Shown: positions 1-9,075 of the stretch, piece after piece
Numbering within the stretch: the first letter of the stretch is position 1
How the letters are laid out: each line of letters opens with the position of its first letter
Notes under the pieces: model-generated
What the model was told of the DNA's origin: nothing
What the model saw: only the letters and a program-made list of their open reading frames with translations
Database searches by the model: none
Translations under genes and position numbers: made by a program
From: Glaciecola sp.
GTDB taxonomy: Bacteria; Pseudomonadota; Gammaproteobacteria; Enterobacterales; Alteromonadaceae
Direction: 5' to 3'
NCBI GenBank assembly: GCA_040514355.1
Contig: JBEVCF010000042.1
Coordinates: 5,200-69,199, forward strand
DNA length: 64,000 nucleotides

Positions 1-16
1 ATTTTTTTCAAAGTCC

Positions 17-54
17 CGTAAACTTACCTTAAAAAGACACAAGCAATAATTAGA
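17..54 (+). repeat. IS3 left inverted repeat (IRL)
   Basis: cgtaaacttacc..cacaa..aattaga matches the reverse complement of 1191-1227. Confidence 0.85.
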
Positions 55-88
55 GGTTTCTGCCACAATGTAACCATTGGAGGAACCT

Positions 89-352
89 ATGAAGAAGTCA
101 AAATTTACCGAGTCTCAGATTGTCGCTATTTTGAAGCAGGCTGAGTTAGGTCAAAAAGTGAATGACATCTGTCGAGAACACGGAATTAGCAGTGCTACGT
201 TCTATCATTGGCGCAGTAAATATGGCGGTATGGCTGCATCAGATTTGAAGCGACTCAAAGAGTTAGAGGCTGAGAACGCTCGTCTCAAGCGTATGTATGC
301 AGATATGGCCCTAGAAAACCAAGCGGTTAAGGATTTACTGGGAAAGCTATAA
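89..352 (+). CDS. IS3-family transposase OrfA (HTH)
   Basis: MKKSKFTESQIVAILKQ...CREHGISSATFYHWRSKYGGM...LKRLKELEAENARLK, a typical OrfA; GGAGG RBS before ATG 89. Confidence 0.93.
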   Translation: MKKSKFTESQIVAILKQAELGQKVNDICREHGISSATFYHWRSKYGGMAASDLKRLKELEAENARLKRMYADMALENQAVKDLLGKL

Positions 353-1188
353 CGCCTAGCAATCGACGATGGGCGACTGATTTTTTGATTTCTGTATGGC
401 AATTGTCGATTTCACGTGCTTGCCGTTTTACTGGATTATCAAGGCGCAGTTGGTATCGGCCTGATCCGAAGAAGAACCAACTAAAGCGTGATCAACCCGT
501 GATTGATGCTTTAAACGACATTGTCAGCGATCCGAGCAAGTCACGTTGGGGCTTTTGGAAGTGTTTTCACCGGTTACGTTTAGATGGTCACCCATGGAAC
601 TTTAAACGTGTCTGGCGAGTGTATTGTGCAATGAAACTTAACCAGAAGCGGCGAACGAAGAAGCGGCTACCAGAGCGTATTCCAGCCCCCTTGGACGTCC
701 CAGCACAGACAAATTACAGTTGGTCATTCGATTTTATGAGCGATGCCTTATATAACGGTACACGTTATCGCGTACTGAATATTATTGATGAAGGTGTGCG
801 CGAGGCATTGGATATTGTCATAGATGTGTCGTTACCAGCAAGTCGGGTTGTGAGAGCTTTAGAAGCGCTTAAAGACCAGCGAGGACTGCCGAAAATGATT
901 CGAGTCGATAATGGGAGTGAAATGACCTCTCAGTTATTTATGGACTGGTGTAAAGCAAATGATGTGGAAATTGCTTATATACAACCAGGCAAACCAAATC
1001 AAAATGCATTTATTGAAAGGTTTAATCGTTCGTACCGGACTGAAGTACTAGACCCACATCTGTTCTCAAATCTTGAACAAATCCGTGAGCTGAGCTGGGG
1101 TTGGATGATGAGCTACAACGAAGAAAGACCACATGAATCACTTGGTAATTTACCACCGAGTGAATTTAAACGAAGATTGGCAGCATAA
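340..1188 (+). CDS. IS3-family transposase OrfB (rve/DDE), joined to OrfA by a -1 frameshift
   Basis: WSFDF, IRVDNGSE, PGKPNQNAFIERFN and YNEERPHESLG motifs; the -1 frame is open from the slippery site G GGA AAG at 340-346. Confidence 0.93.
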   Translation, partial: GKAITPSNRRWATDFLISVWQLSISRACRFTGLSRRSWYRPDPKKNQLKRDQPVIDALNDIVSDPSKSRWGFWKCFHRLRLDGHPWNFKRVWRVYCAMKLNQKRRTKKRLPERIPAPLDVPAQTNYSWSFDFMSDALYNGTRYRVLNIIDEGVREALDIVIDVSLPASRVVRALEALKDQRGLPKMIRVDNGSEMTSQLFMDWCKANDVEIAYIQPGKPNQNAFIERFNRSYRTEVLDPHLFSNLEQIRELSWGWMMSYNEERPHESLGNLPPSEFKRRLAA

Positions 1189-1190
1189 TT

Positions 1191-1227
1191 TCTAATTTTG
1201 AATTGTGCACTTGACGGTAAGTTTACG
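1191..1227 (-). repeat. IS3 right inverted repeat (IRR)
   Basis: Reverse complement cgtaaacttaccgtcaagtgcacaattcaaaattaga matches IRL. Confidence 0.85.
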
Positions 1228-1333
1228 CGTTCACATAAAACGTCGTATTGCACCCCTTCTAGGTATTACCAACCTAACAAATTGGTTAATGCACAATGAT
1301 CGTAATCGACATGTAAAAAGAGAACTTTTTTAA

Positions 1334-2557
1334 TTAGACAGTTAAGTTGTTGACATTTTCTGAAAGTTGACACAGTGCCTTTTTTCTCTCCTCAAAGTAA
1401 TCATGCTGATTATATACCGCCTCAACACCTTTCAGCTTGTGATTAAGACACCTCTCCGCCACATGACTTGAGGTGCCTAGTTTTGCTAACAGTGTTCGAC
1501 ACGTTCTACGTAAGTCATGCACTGTAAAATACTCCATATCGCCCATCAGGTTCTTAGAATGCTTCGATTGCCTAACTTCCCTACCAAACATCTTAGATAT
1601 AGCTCTGTTTAGCGTATCTGAGCCCATATGAGGTGACTTGCTACTTCTACGGCTTGGAAATACGTACTCTGAACCACAAGCTCGCACTTTTAGCTCATTA
1701 AGCCATTCAATTACTTGTGGCGCCAATGGAATATCAATGCCTACACTAGTTTTACTTCTTGCAGCGGGTAACTTCCATACAGCAGCATCTAGGTCAAACT
1801 CTTCCCACTTTGCCTCACAGAGCTCTGATTTCCTGACACCTAAACAAACTAGCAACAATACAGCTAGGTAATTATCCTGACCAAACTGTTTAATATGCTT
1901 TTTTGCCGCCTTAAGGAATACACCTAGTTCTTCTTCAGTCAAGGCGCGTTCCCTAGCTTGCTCGGTACCACCTGCGTCTTTGTAAGAAAATGCGAGTGCA
2001 GGGTTATATTGGAGTAAGTCTAGTTTTACTGCATGATTAAATAACTGTTTGCAGTAACCTAGAGCATCGTTAGCGATAGTTGCTCGCCCGCTCTCACTAA
2101 TATTGCTCAAGACTGTACGGATGTCTCTAGCAGATACCTGGTCCAACTTTATTTCACCTAAAACCGGAGCGATGTCTTTTTTGTAAACACGTTCAGGAAT
2201 TTGACTGTTTTTGATTCTTTGGATCACGCTTACAAACCAGTCCTCAAACAAATCATTCACCGTGACAATGGATTCTTGTTCAGCACGCTTCTTTTCCAGA
2301 AGTGGGTCTTTACCATCTCTGGTTAGTTTCATTTTAGCACTTGCTTCATATCTAGCGTCTTGGAGACTCAGGTCATTTAACTTGCCCAGAGTCATTTCTT
2401 TACGCTTTTTATTATACGTGTACCTGAGCATCCAGTAAGGCGTGCCTGACTTTGGAACGACAAAATATAGCCCCCCACCATCGGCATGTTTCCCAACATC
2501 ATTCTTGCTAACTTTTGACTGAATTGTTTTGACAGTGAGCTTACCTGCGGTACTCAT
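1334..2557 (-). CDS. P4-like tyrosine recombinase/integrase with N-terminal arm-binding domain
   Basis: N-terminal HADGGGLYF...W.LRY...KRKEMTLG; catalytic set GVRKSE, RSKT, HDLRRT, LNH and VYNQ all present. Confidence 0.95.
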   Translation of the reverse strand: MSTAGKLTVKTIQSKVSKNDVGKHADGGGLYFVVPKSGTPYWMLRYTYNKKRKEMTLGKLNDLSLQDARYEASAKMKLTRDGKDPLLEKKRAEQESIVTVNDLFEDWFVSVIQRIKNSQIPERVYKKDIAPVLGEIKLDQVSARDIRTVLSNISESGRATIANDALGYCKQLFNHAVKLDLLQYNPALAFSYKDAGGTEQARERALTEEELGVFLKAAKKHIKQFGQDNYLAVLLLVCLGVRKSELCEAKWEEFDLDAAVWKLPAARSKTSVGIDIPLAPQVIEWLNELKVRACGSEYVFPSRRSSKSPHMGSDTLNRAISKMFGREVRQSKHSKNLMGDMEYFTVHDLRRTCRTLLAKLGTSSHVAERCLNHKLKGVEAVYNQHDYFEERKKALCQLSENVNNLTV

Positions 2558-2699
2558 AATGCTTCACGACTAGTTGTAGATAGGAAGATAATACCCACCA
2601 CTTTCAGGTAAGTAAATACATTTTTGCCCACCAATTTACCCACCGATTATTAATGGATTTGGCTAGATTAATGAAGACTTCCTTGGACTGAAAAATAAA

Positions 2700-2724
2700 A
2701 AAGTCCTTTATATAAAAGGACTTT
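2700..2724 (-). terminator. Probable intrinsic terminator after yicC, inside the island att region
   Basis: Stem AAAGTCCTTT/AAAGGACTTT with a 5-nt loop, followed by a T-rich run on the minus strand. Confidence 0.55.
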
Positions 2725-2751
2725 ACGGATGTCTACGGATTGTTCAGGATA

Positions 2752-3612
2752 TTATTCGATATTCTGGATCTGCTCTCGCATTTGCTCAATCAACACCTTC
2801 AACTCCACCGCACTTTGGGTGATCTCGGCATTGATGGACTTCGACCCTAGGGTATTGGACTCGCGATTGAACTCTTGCATCATAAAGTCCAAACGACGAC
2901 CCACAGCGCCCCCTTTGTTCAAGATATTCTGGGTTTCGCCCACGTGACTATGCAAGCGATCTAGCTCCTCAGCTACGTCGAGTTTTTGTGCGAGTAAGAC
3001 CAATTCTTGCTCCACACGGGTGTGGTCTACTTCAATATTTACTTCTGCAAATTTGTTGCGGATTTTATCTTGTTGCCATTGCAACACCTCAGGCATGCGC
3101 GCGGCCACTTTATTCGTTTCTTCAGTGATAGCCTGTAAGCGCTGTTCAATCATCGCTTTGAGGTTTTCGCCTTCGGATGCGCGAGCGGCTAGAAAGTCTT
3201 TGACCGTCAAATCAAACTCTTGCAGCAAGTCTTTTTGGATCACGTCCATATCCGCCTCTTGTGCCTCAACCACGCCTGGCCATTGCAACACTTCTAGACG
3301 GTTTAAACTCGCAGGCCCTTGGATGGGTAAAGACTCAGCCGCCTGTACGACTTGCTCAGCTAGCGCATGATTAATACTCAATGCGTTTGCTGTATTTTGT
3401 GCCGGCATAAACCGCAGCTGACATTCTACCTTACCCCGTTGCAAACGCTTGCGAAAACGCTCACGCAAAATCGGCTCTAAACTGCGAAACTGCTCAGGGA
3501 AGCGGAAAAAGGTTTCTAAATAGCGTTGGTTGACCGAGCGGATTTCCCACACGGCACTGCCCCAGTCAGCTTTTAATTCACGACGGGCAAAAGCGGTCAT
3601 ACTGTAGATCAC
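2752..3612 (-). CDS. yicC: YicC/YloC family endoribonuclease
   Basis: (M)IYSMTAFARRE...EIRSVNQRYLE...GRRLDFMMQEFNRESNTLGSK...EQMREQIQNIE; GTG start at 3612 after AAGGAG; divergent from rph. Confidence 0.95.
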   Translation of the reverse strand: MIYSMTAFARRELKADWGSAVWEIRSVNQRYLETFFRFPEQFRSLEPILRERFRKRLQRGKVECQLRFMPAQNTANALSINHALAEQVVQAAESLPIQGPASLNRLEVLQWPGVVEAQEADMDVIQKDLLQEFDLTVKDFLAARASEGENLKAMIEQRLQAITEETNKVAARMPEVLQWQQDKIRNKFAEVNIEVDHTRVEQELVLLAQKLDVAEELDRLHSHVGETQNILNKGGAVGRRLDFMMQEFNRESNTLGSKSINAEITQSAVELKVLIEQMREQIQNIE

Positions 3613-3836
3613 AGTGTTCTCCTTCAAATATTCGATAAAAAAATTGAACGAGATAATGTGCTCATTGATGATTATCTCAAGTTCATTCACAGTGTATCAC
3701 ACCCACTAAGAAATACACCGCACCAAAGACTACATCCTATCCTTGCTCACAAATTTAATCGCTTTGTCTAATGACGACGCCCCCTCAACTGCGTTATAAT
3801 TCACACTTTCAATACCCGTATCCCCGAGGAAATTCT

Positions 3837-4553
3837 ATGCGCCCAAATGGCCGTACCCCTAGTCAAATTCGTCCTGTGACCTTCACACGCCAGTTCACCT
3901 GCCATGCTGAGGGCTCGGTATTAGTTGAGTTTGGCAACACTAAAGTCATTTGTACCGCTACTGTCGAGGAAGGTGTCCCACGTTTTATGAAGGGCAAAGG
4001 CGAAGGTTGGATCACCGCGGAGTACTCCATGTTACCGCGCTCTACTCATACTCGCTCAGGTCGTGAAGCCGCACGTGGCAAACAAGGCGGACGCACTTTA
4101 GAGATCCAGCGTCTTATCGCACGTTCGTTACGGGCAGCAGTTGATCTCAAACTCCTCGGTGAAAACACCATTACGCTTGATTGTGATGTGATCCAAGCCG
4201 ATGGTGGTACTCGCACTGCTTCCATCTCAGGTGCCTGTGTTGCCTTAGTCGATGCTATCAATCACATGCGTGGCAAAGGCATTATCAAAACCAATCCGCT
4301 CAAGCACATGATTGCCGCAGTATCGGTCGGTGTAGTTAACGGCGAACCGGTTGCTGATTTGGAATACACCGAAGATTCCATTGCCGAGACCGACATGAAT
4401 GTTGTCATGACCGAGACGGGTCAATTTATCGAAGTCCAAGGCACCGCTGAGGGCGAACCGTTCAGCATGGAAGAAATGATGAGCATGTTAGAACTTGCCA
4501 AACAAGGATTGTACGAAGTCTTCACGCAGCAACAACTCGCTTTGAACAAATAG
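3837..4553 (+). CDS. rph: Ribonuclease PH
   Basis: MRPNGR..., [35 protein letters not shown]; GAGG RBS; TATAAT at 3795-3800. Confidence 0.97.
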   Translation: MRPNGRTPSQIRPVTFTRQFTCHAEGSVLVEFGNTKVICTATVEEGVPRFMKGKGEGWITAEYSMLPRSTHTRSGREAARGKQGGRTLEIQRLIARSLRAAVDLKLLGENTITLDCDVIQADGGTRTASISGACVALVDAINHMRGKGIIKTNPLKHMIAAVSVGVVNGEPVADLEYTEDSIAETDMNVVMTETGQFIEVQGTAEGEPFSMEEMMSMLELAKQGLYEVFTQQQLALNK

Positions 4554-4560
4554 GTATCCC

Positions 4561-5205
4561 ATGCACGCTTACCAAAAAGAATTTATCGAATTTGCGATCG
4601 ACCGCAATGTATTACGCTTTGGCGAATTTACGTTGAAGTCCGGTCGCACCAGTCCGTATTTTTTTAATGCTGGTCTGTTTAATACCGGTGCCGATCTGGC
4701 CAAATTGGGGCAATGCTACGCTGCGGCATTAGTCGATTCGGGTATCGATTATGACGTGTTATTCGGCCCTGCTTATAAAGGGATCCCAATTGCGACGACC
4801 ACCGCAGTGGCCTTAGCTAGCCAGCACAATATCGATACCCCGTATTGCTTCAACCGCAAAGAAGCCAAAACCCATGGTGAAGGGGGTAATACCGTGGGCG
4901 CTGAATTATCGGGTAATATCATGTTGGTAGACGACGTGATCACTGCCGGCACCGCCATCCGCGAATCCATGACCTTGATCCAAGCACAAGGCGCGCACCT
5001 AGCAGGCGTATTGATCGCGCTTGACCGCCAAGAAAAAGGCCAAGGTGAACTCTCCGCTATTCAAGAAGTAGAGCGCGATTTTGGTACCAAAGTGGTGAGT
5101 ATTGTTACGATGGCAGATTTGATGAGCTATCTCGAAACACGCCCTGACATGGCTACTCATCTTGATGCGATGCGCGCCTATCGCAGTCAATACGGTATTG
5201 CTTAA
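4561..5205 (+). CDS. pyrE: Orotate phosphoribosyltransferase
   Basis: [43 protein letters not shown]; follows rph. Confidence 0.97.
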   Translation: MHAYQKEFIEFAIDRNVLRFGEFTLKSGRTSPYFFNAGLFNTGADLAKLGQCYAAALVDSGIDYDVLFGPAYKGIPIATTTAVALASQHNIDTPYCFNRKEAKTHGEGGNTVGAELSGNIMLVDDVITAGTAIRESMTLIQAQGAHLAGVLIALDRQEKGQGELSAIQEVERDFGTKVVSIVTMADLMSYLETRPDMATHLDAMRAYRSQYGIA

Positions 5206-5211
5206 GGCCTT

Positions 5212-5478
5212 ATGAACACACCATCAACCGCGTCCTTATCAGAACTACCCAGTGCCGATCACACGCTCGATGCACTGGGTCTTCGCTGTCCAGAACCGGT
5301 AATGTTAGTTCGCAAAAAAATGCGTGACATTGAGGTTGGGCAGACCTTGTTGATCAAAGCAGACGATCCTGCTACCACGCGTGACATTCCTAATTTTTGC
5401 CACTTTATGCAACATACCCTAATAAAAAGCGCTGCCGAGGCTGCGCCATATTGGTATCTATTGAAGAAAGGCTTGTGA
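5212..5478 (+). CDS. tusA: Sulfur carrier TusA
   Basis: [13 protein letters not shown] and [11 protein letters not shown] motifs. Confidence 0.93.
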   Translation: MNTPSTASLSELPSADHTLDALGLRCPEPVMLVRKKMRDIEVGQTLLIKADDPATTRDIPNFCHFMQHTLIKSAAEAAPYWYLLKKGL

Positions 5479-5479
5479 A

Positions 5480-5707
5480 TTATTCTGGATCAGACAGATA
5501 AGTCCAAATCGCAGCAAGCACTAATAACACACTGGTTAAGTTAAGGCTAAAATCAACAAAGTTGGTGGTCTTAATTGCCGCGCTAGTTTGTAATTCAGGC
5601 AAACCAAGATTAAGTGTGACGTGCAGAACCTGTAGTACAATCACTGCAACCAAACATAAAACTGCTTTTTTATGTTTCTCCACAAAAGAATGAAAACCGC
5701 GATCCAT
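5480..5707 (-). CDS. Hypothetical small membrane protein (two hydrophobic segments)
   Basis: ORF fills the intergenic gap and has two TM-like stretches; start uncertain (5707 or 5758). Confidence 0.5.
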   Translation of the reverse strand: MDRGFHSFVEKHKKAVLCLVAVIVLQVLHVTLNLGLPELQTSAAIKTTNFVDFSLNLTSVLLVLAAIWTYLSDPE

Positions 5708-5842
5708 AAAATGTACTCTCAATAGTAAAGTGCTGTTAATCCTAGACGAGTTTCGCATAAAATCAACAACAAATTAACAGAATGTTTACATTTATTCGTG
5801 CGTCATCATCAAAAAGATCACATTGATGCTTATCAATACCCT

Positions 5843-6592
5843 TTAATTTTGTAAGGAAAACAACGCCAAAGTGACTGCGCTGGCGAGGTTTAACGAATCG
5901 ATTTTGCCAGACCCTGGAATAGTATACGCTTGAGCATCAATATCACTGAGCGCATCCAACGGAACACCCCGCGCTTCATTGCCAAATACATAACAAGGAA
6001 ATTGTTTAAACGATGGCGCCGTCATCGCTTCACCTTGCATATCTAAATACGCGATGCTGGAAAAGCGTTCATTGAGCATATCGAGCGTCACATCCTGTTC
6101 AATTGGCGTATGAAAAATCGCCCCCATACTCGCACGCACGACTTTACTATTATACGGGTCGACGCAATTGGGACTGAGTAACAAATGCGTGTCGCCAAAC
6201 CACGCCATACTGCGTAAGATCGTGCCTAAGTTACCTGGGTCTTGGATCTCGTGAAGGTAGATATACTGAGCATCCGTCGCCGTTGCATCTAGGCCTTGCC
6301 CACTGCTGGCATCAGGTAGTGGCACCCTCGCTACCACCCCTTGTGGCGTTTTGGTATCACTGAGTTGTTGCATGACCTTGTTACTGACCGTGTGGATGGT
6401 GCAGCGCTGTGCAAATGGTTGGGCAAAATCCTGACGTGCTTCGGTGATATACAGATGGATATCACTGTGAGTCCCTACCGACTCAACAGCTTTAAATAGC
6501 TCCAAAATCAGATGCTCGCCCTCAACCAAATAGTATCCAAACTGTTGTCGATACTTTTTTTGGTGGAGTTTTTTCACATCATCGAGCTTCAT
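5843..6592 (-). CDS. TrmH/SpoU-family RNA methyltransferase
   Basis: IQDPGNLGTILRS, VFGNEARG and IDSLNLASA SPOUT motifs. Confidence 0.92.
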   Translation of the reverse strand: MKLDDVKKLHQKKYRQQFGYYLVEGEHLILELFKAVESVGTHSDIHLYITEARQDFAQPFAQRCTIHTVSNKVMQQLSDTKTPQGVVARVPLPDASSGQGLDATATDAQYIYLHEIQDPGNLGTILRSMAWFGDTHLLLSPNCVDPYNSKVVRASMGAIFHTPIEQDVTLDMLNERFSSIAYLDMQGEAMTAPSFKQFPCYVFGNEARGVPLDALSDIDAQAYTIPGSGKIDSLNLASAVTLALFSLQN

Positions 6593-6674
6593 CGCATCTA
6601 CCTTCGCTTTGCATTTTACCGATGCAAGTTTACAATATGCTTTGTATTAGCGATAGCACAAGTCGAACCTATTT

Positions 6675-7295
6675 ATGGCCAAATCAAAAACCAGCAAAAA
6701 GTGGATGGAAGAGCACGTCAACGATCCTTATGTCAAACAAGCCCAGGTCGACGGTTATCGCTCACGTGCCAGTTATAAACTGCTCGAAATCAATCAAAAA
6801 GACAACATCATCCGCCCCGGTAATACCGTTATGGATTTGGGCTCAGCCCCCGGTGGTTGGTCACAAATCCTCGCCAAAATTGTCGGTGATCGCGGGCGCG
6901 TACTCGCATCGGATATTTTACACATGGATAGCATTGTAGGCGTGGATTTTGTGCAAGGTGACTTTACCGAAGCGGCTGTTTATGAAAAGATCCTACGCGT
7001 CTTAGGCGATGATACTGTCGATACAGTGGTGTCAGACATGGCCCCGAACATGAGTGGGGTAAATACGACAGACCAGTACGCCTCGATGTATTTAGTTGAG
7101 TTGGCCTTGGATATGGCGCGCAACGTGCTCAAACCTGATGGTGCGTTTTGTGCCAAAGTCTTCCAAGGTGTAGGCTATGACGAATATGTCAAAGACGTGC
7201 GCAGTTCTTTTAAGCAAGTCATCGTGCGTAAACCCGCCGCCTCTCGACCTCGTTCTCGCGAAGTGTATTTAGTGGCTAAAGGCTTTAAAGGTTAG
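6675..7295 (+). CDS. rlmE: 23S rRNA Um2552 methyltransferase RlmE/FtsJ
   Basis: [31 protein letters not shown] and SREVY give the K-D-K-E tetrad. Confidence 0.93.
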   Translation: MAKSKTSKKWMEEHVNDPYVKQAQVDGYRSRASYKLLEINQKDNIIRPGNTVMDLGSAPGGWSQILAKIVGDRGRVLASDILHMDSIVGVDFVQGDFTEAAVYEKILRVLGDDTVDTVVSDMAPNMSGVNTTDQYASMYLVELALDMARNVLKPDGAFCAKVFQGVGYDEYVKDVRSSFKQVIVRKPAASRPRSREVYLVAKGFKG

Positions 7296-7512
7296 CGCTG
7301 CGCCATTGCTCTGCTGGCTGAATATCAACTGATTCGTGTAATTCAGAATACACCAGCACCGCGTGGCCGCTATCGAGTTGCGCTTTTACCTGAGCGATTT
7401 TTTCAGCCATACTGGCTTCTTCCATGCCGTAATCCGTGCCTTCACGCAACACAAAACTTTCTATCACGGCGTACAATGTATCAGGGTCGAGTTCGGTATG
7501 CGGAATAATCAT
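7285..7512 (-). CDS. yheU: YheU family protein (UPF0270)
   Basis: MIIPH..L...[15 protein letters not shown]. Confidence 0.92.
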   Translation of the reverse strand: MIIPHTELDPDTLYAVIESFVLREGTDYGMEEASMAEKIAQVKAQLDSGHAVLVYSELHESVDIQPAEQWRSANL

Positions 7513-8558
7513 GCGCTATGCACTCGATGCTGCTGAGCAATAAAATCCGGTACACGGCGGGGCAACCAACTAGTCGTATTCCACGGCATACCTTCAAGAA
7601 AACCAACATGACCACCACGGCGTGACAGTTCATAGGCAACGTTTGTACTCAACGCCGTCGGTTTGGGCACCACCGCTGCATTCATAAACGGGTCATCCAA
7701 CGCATGTATTACCAAAGTAGGAGTCGTGATATGTTTGAGAAAGCCCATCGCTGAGGCTTTTTGGTAGTAATCATCCGCACCGGCAAAGCCATGTAAAGGC
7801 GCCGTGACATTCTCATCAAACTTATAAAACGTGGATAAATTCCCCACCCCTGCTGCACTGACCCTGATCCGTCCTGAATAATCCATCGTTGCCATTTTTT
7901 GGCGTAAATTCGCCCGCATACTGCGCAATAGTTTTTGCTCGTAAACTTGGGAAAAACCTCGACTGATAGCTTTGGCACACTGCTCAAGACGCATGGGTGC
8001 AGATATGCTGACACAGGCCTTAAAAGGATTGTCCTGTTTGGTTTCACCCGCCAGTTTTAAGAGCATGTTACCACCCAAAGAAAATCCTACCGCGTACAAC
8101 GGTAGATTTGGGTATAGCGTCTGCAGATGAGCGGTAAATGCCTGTGCATCTGACGTTTCACCACTGTGATAGGCTCGATGCTGGCGGTTCGGCCCCTGCC
8201 AACAGCCTCGAAAATGCATCACTACCACTTGTAACGGTAATCCAACGAATCCCGCCACCATATCTTGGATATAATGTGATTCAACCGAGCCTTCAAGGCC
8301 GTGAAACAAGACCACCACGCCTTCTACACGAGGTGGTCTCGGTGCCCAAGCAATATGCAGGACATCGTCATCTGCTGTAACAAATTCACTGAAATCCCAA
8401 GCAATCGGGGCGCGTTTTATTGCATATCTACCCCAAATTGTCTGGATGTGACGATTTTTACACCACGACGGAGATTGGTATTGTGCTGCACGAATACGAC
8501 CAAATTCAGTCGTAAACGCAGTGGGCTCGTTGCGCTGTGGCGTTGGCGTGTTAGTCAT
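7509..8558 (-). CDS. yheT: YheT-family alpha/beta hydrolase
   Basis: HGLEGS, GFSLGG, DDPF, GGHVGF; sits between yheS and yheU. Confidence 0.9.
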   Translation of the reverse strand: MTNTPTPQRNEPTAFTTEFGRIRAAQYQSPSWCKNRHIQTIWGRYAIKRAPIAWDFSEFVTADDDVLHIAWAPRPPRVEGVVVLFHGLEGSVESHYIQDMVAGFVGLPLQVVVMHFRGCWQGPNRQHRAYHSGETSDAQAFTAHLQTLYPNLPLYAVGFSLGGNMLLKLAGETKQDNPFKACVSISAPMRLEQCAKAISRGFSQVYEQKLLRSMRANLRQKMATMDYSGRIRVSAAGVGNLSTFYKFDENVTAPLHGFAGADDYYQKASAMGFLKHITTPTLVIHALDDPFMNAAVVPKPTALSTNVAYELSRRGGHVGFLEGMPWNTTSWLPRRVPDFIAQQHRVHSA

Positions 8559-9075
8559 GGCTATCCACTTGTCTAGTTGCAGTGTACAGAGTATTTACCA
8601 ACAGTGTTACCAAAGCGGCTAGCAATGCTTGGACCTCGGTTTGTTGTGCCGCGGTAAGATGTCGCGCGGTGTGCCACTCTAAATATACAGTAAGCGCATT
8701 AGTGATGTCCTCTGCACCATCCACCACATGCGGCAAAGTCTGTTCTACTAGCAAAGCCTGCTGGCGCTGCTCGGCGGATAACTCCGCTTGCAGTAAGGTG
8801 CGATATTGAGGGTCATCTTTGGCTGTTTGCATGCGCAATTCTCGGATCGGCCCGACATCTTCGGCATGAGAACGGGTAATGACCACATCGAGCTCGGCAT
8901 AGGCGGAGACGGGTAGCGTTTTGTCCTGTGTCCACAGATACAGGATCCACAACACCGCATTGACCTGTCCATGACAATGATTCTGCCATGCTAATAAGCT
9001 AGGCGCGACATCCGGAAGTTGATAAAAGGTTCCCGACCAATGCCAAAAATCTGCTGCGGATATCACTTTAGGCAT
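8551..9075 (-). CDS. TIGR02444/DUF2390-like protein
   Basis: FWHWS..FY....V...LL.WQ....GQVN pattern and LQAELSAEQRQQ; usual position after yheS. Confidence 0.75.
   Translation of the reverse strand: MPKVISAADFWHWSGTFYQLPDVAPSLLAWQNHCHGQVNAVLWILYLWTQDKTLPVSAYAELDVVITRSHAEDVGPIRELRMQTAKDDPQYRTLLQAELSAEQRQQALLVEQTLPHVVDGAEDITNALTVYLEWHTARHLTAAQQTEVQALLAALVTLLVNTLYTATRQVDSHD

Larger units (their letters stand above)
17..1227 (+). mobile_element. IS3-family insertion sequence (probably IS407 group), apparently complete
   Basis: orfA/orfB pair bounded by ~38-bp imperfect terminal inverted repeats; the outer 12 bp are perfect (CGTAAACTTACC at 17-28, GGTAAGTTTACG at 1216-1227). Confidence 0.93.

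Noticed and set aside
3613-3836. Extended starts for yicC (3690) and rph (3771)
   Set aside because: RBS position and homolog N-termini favour 3612 and 3837; the interval is a divergent promoter region.
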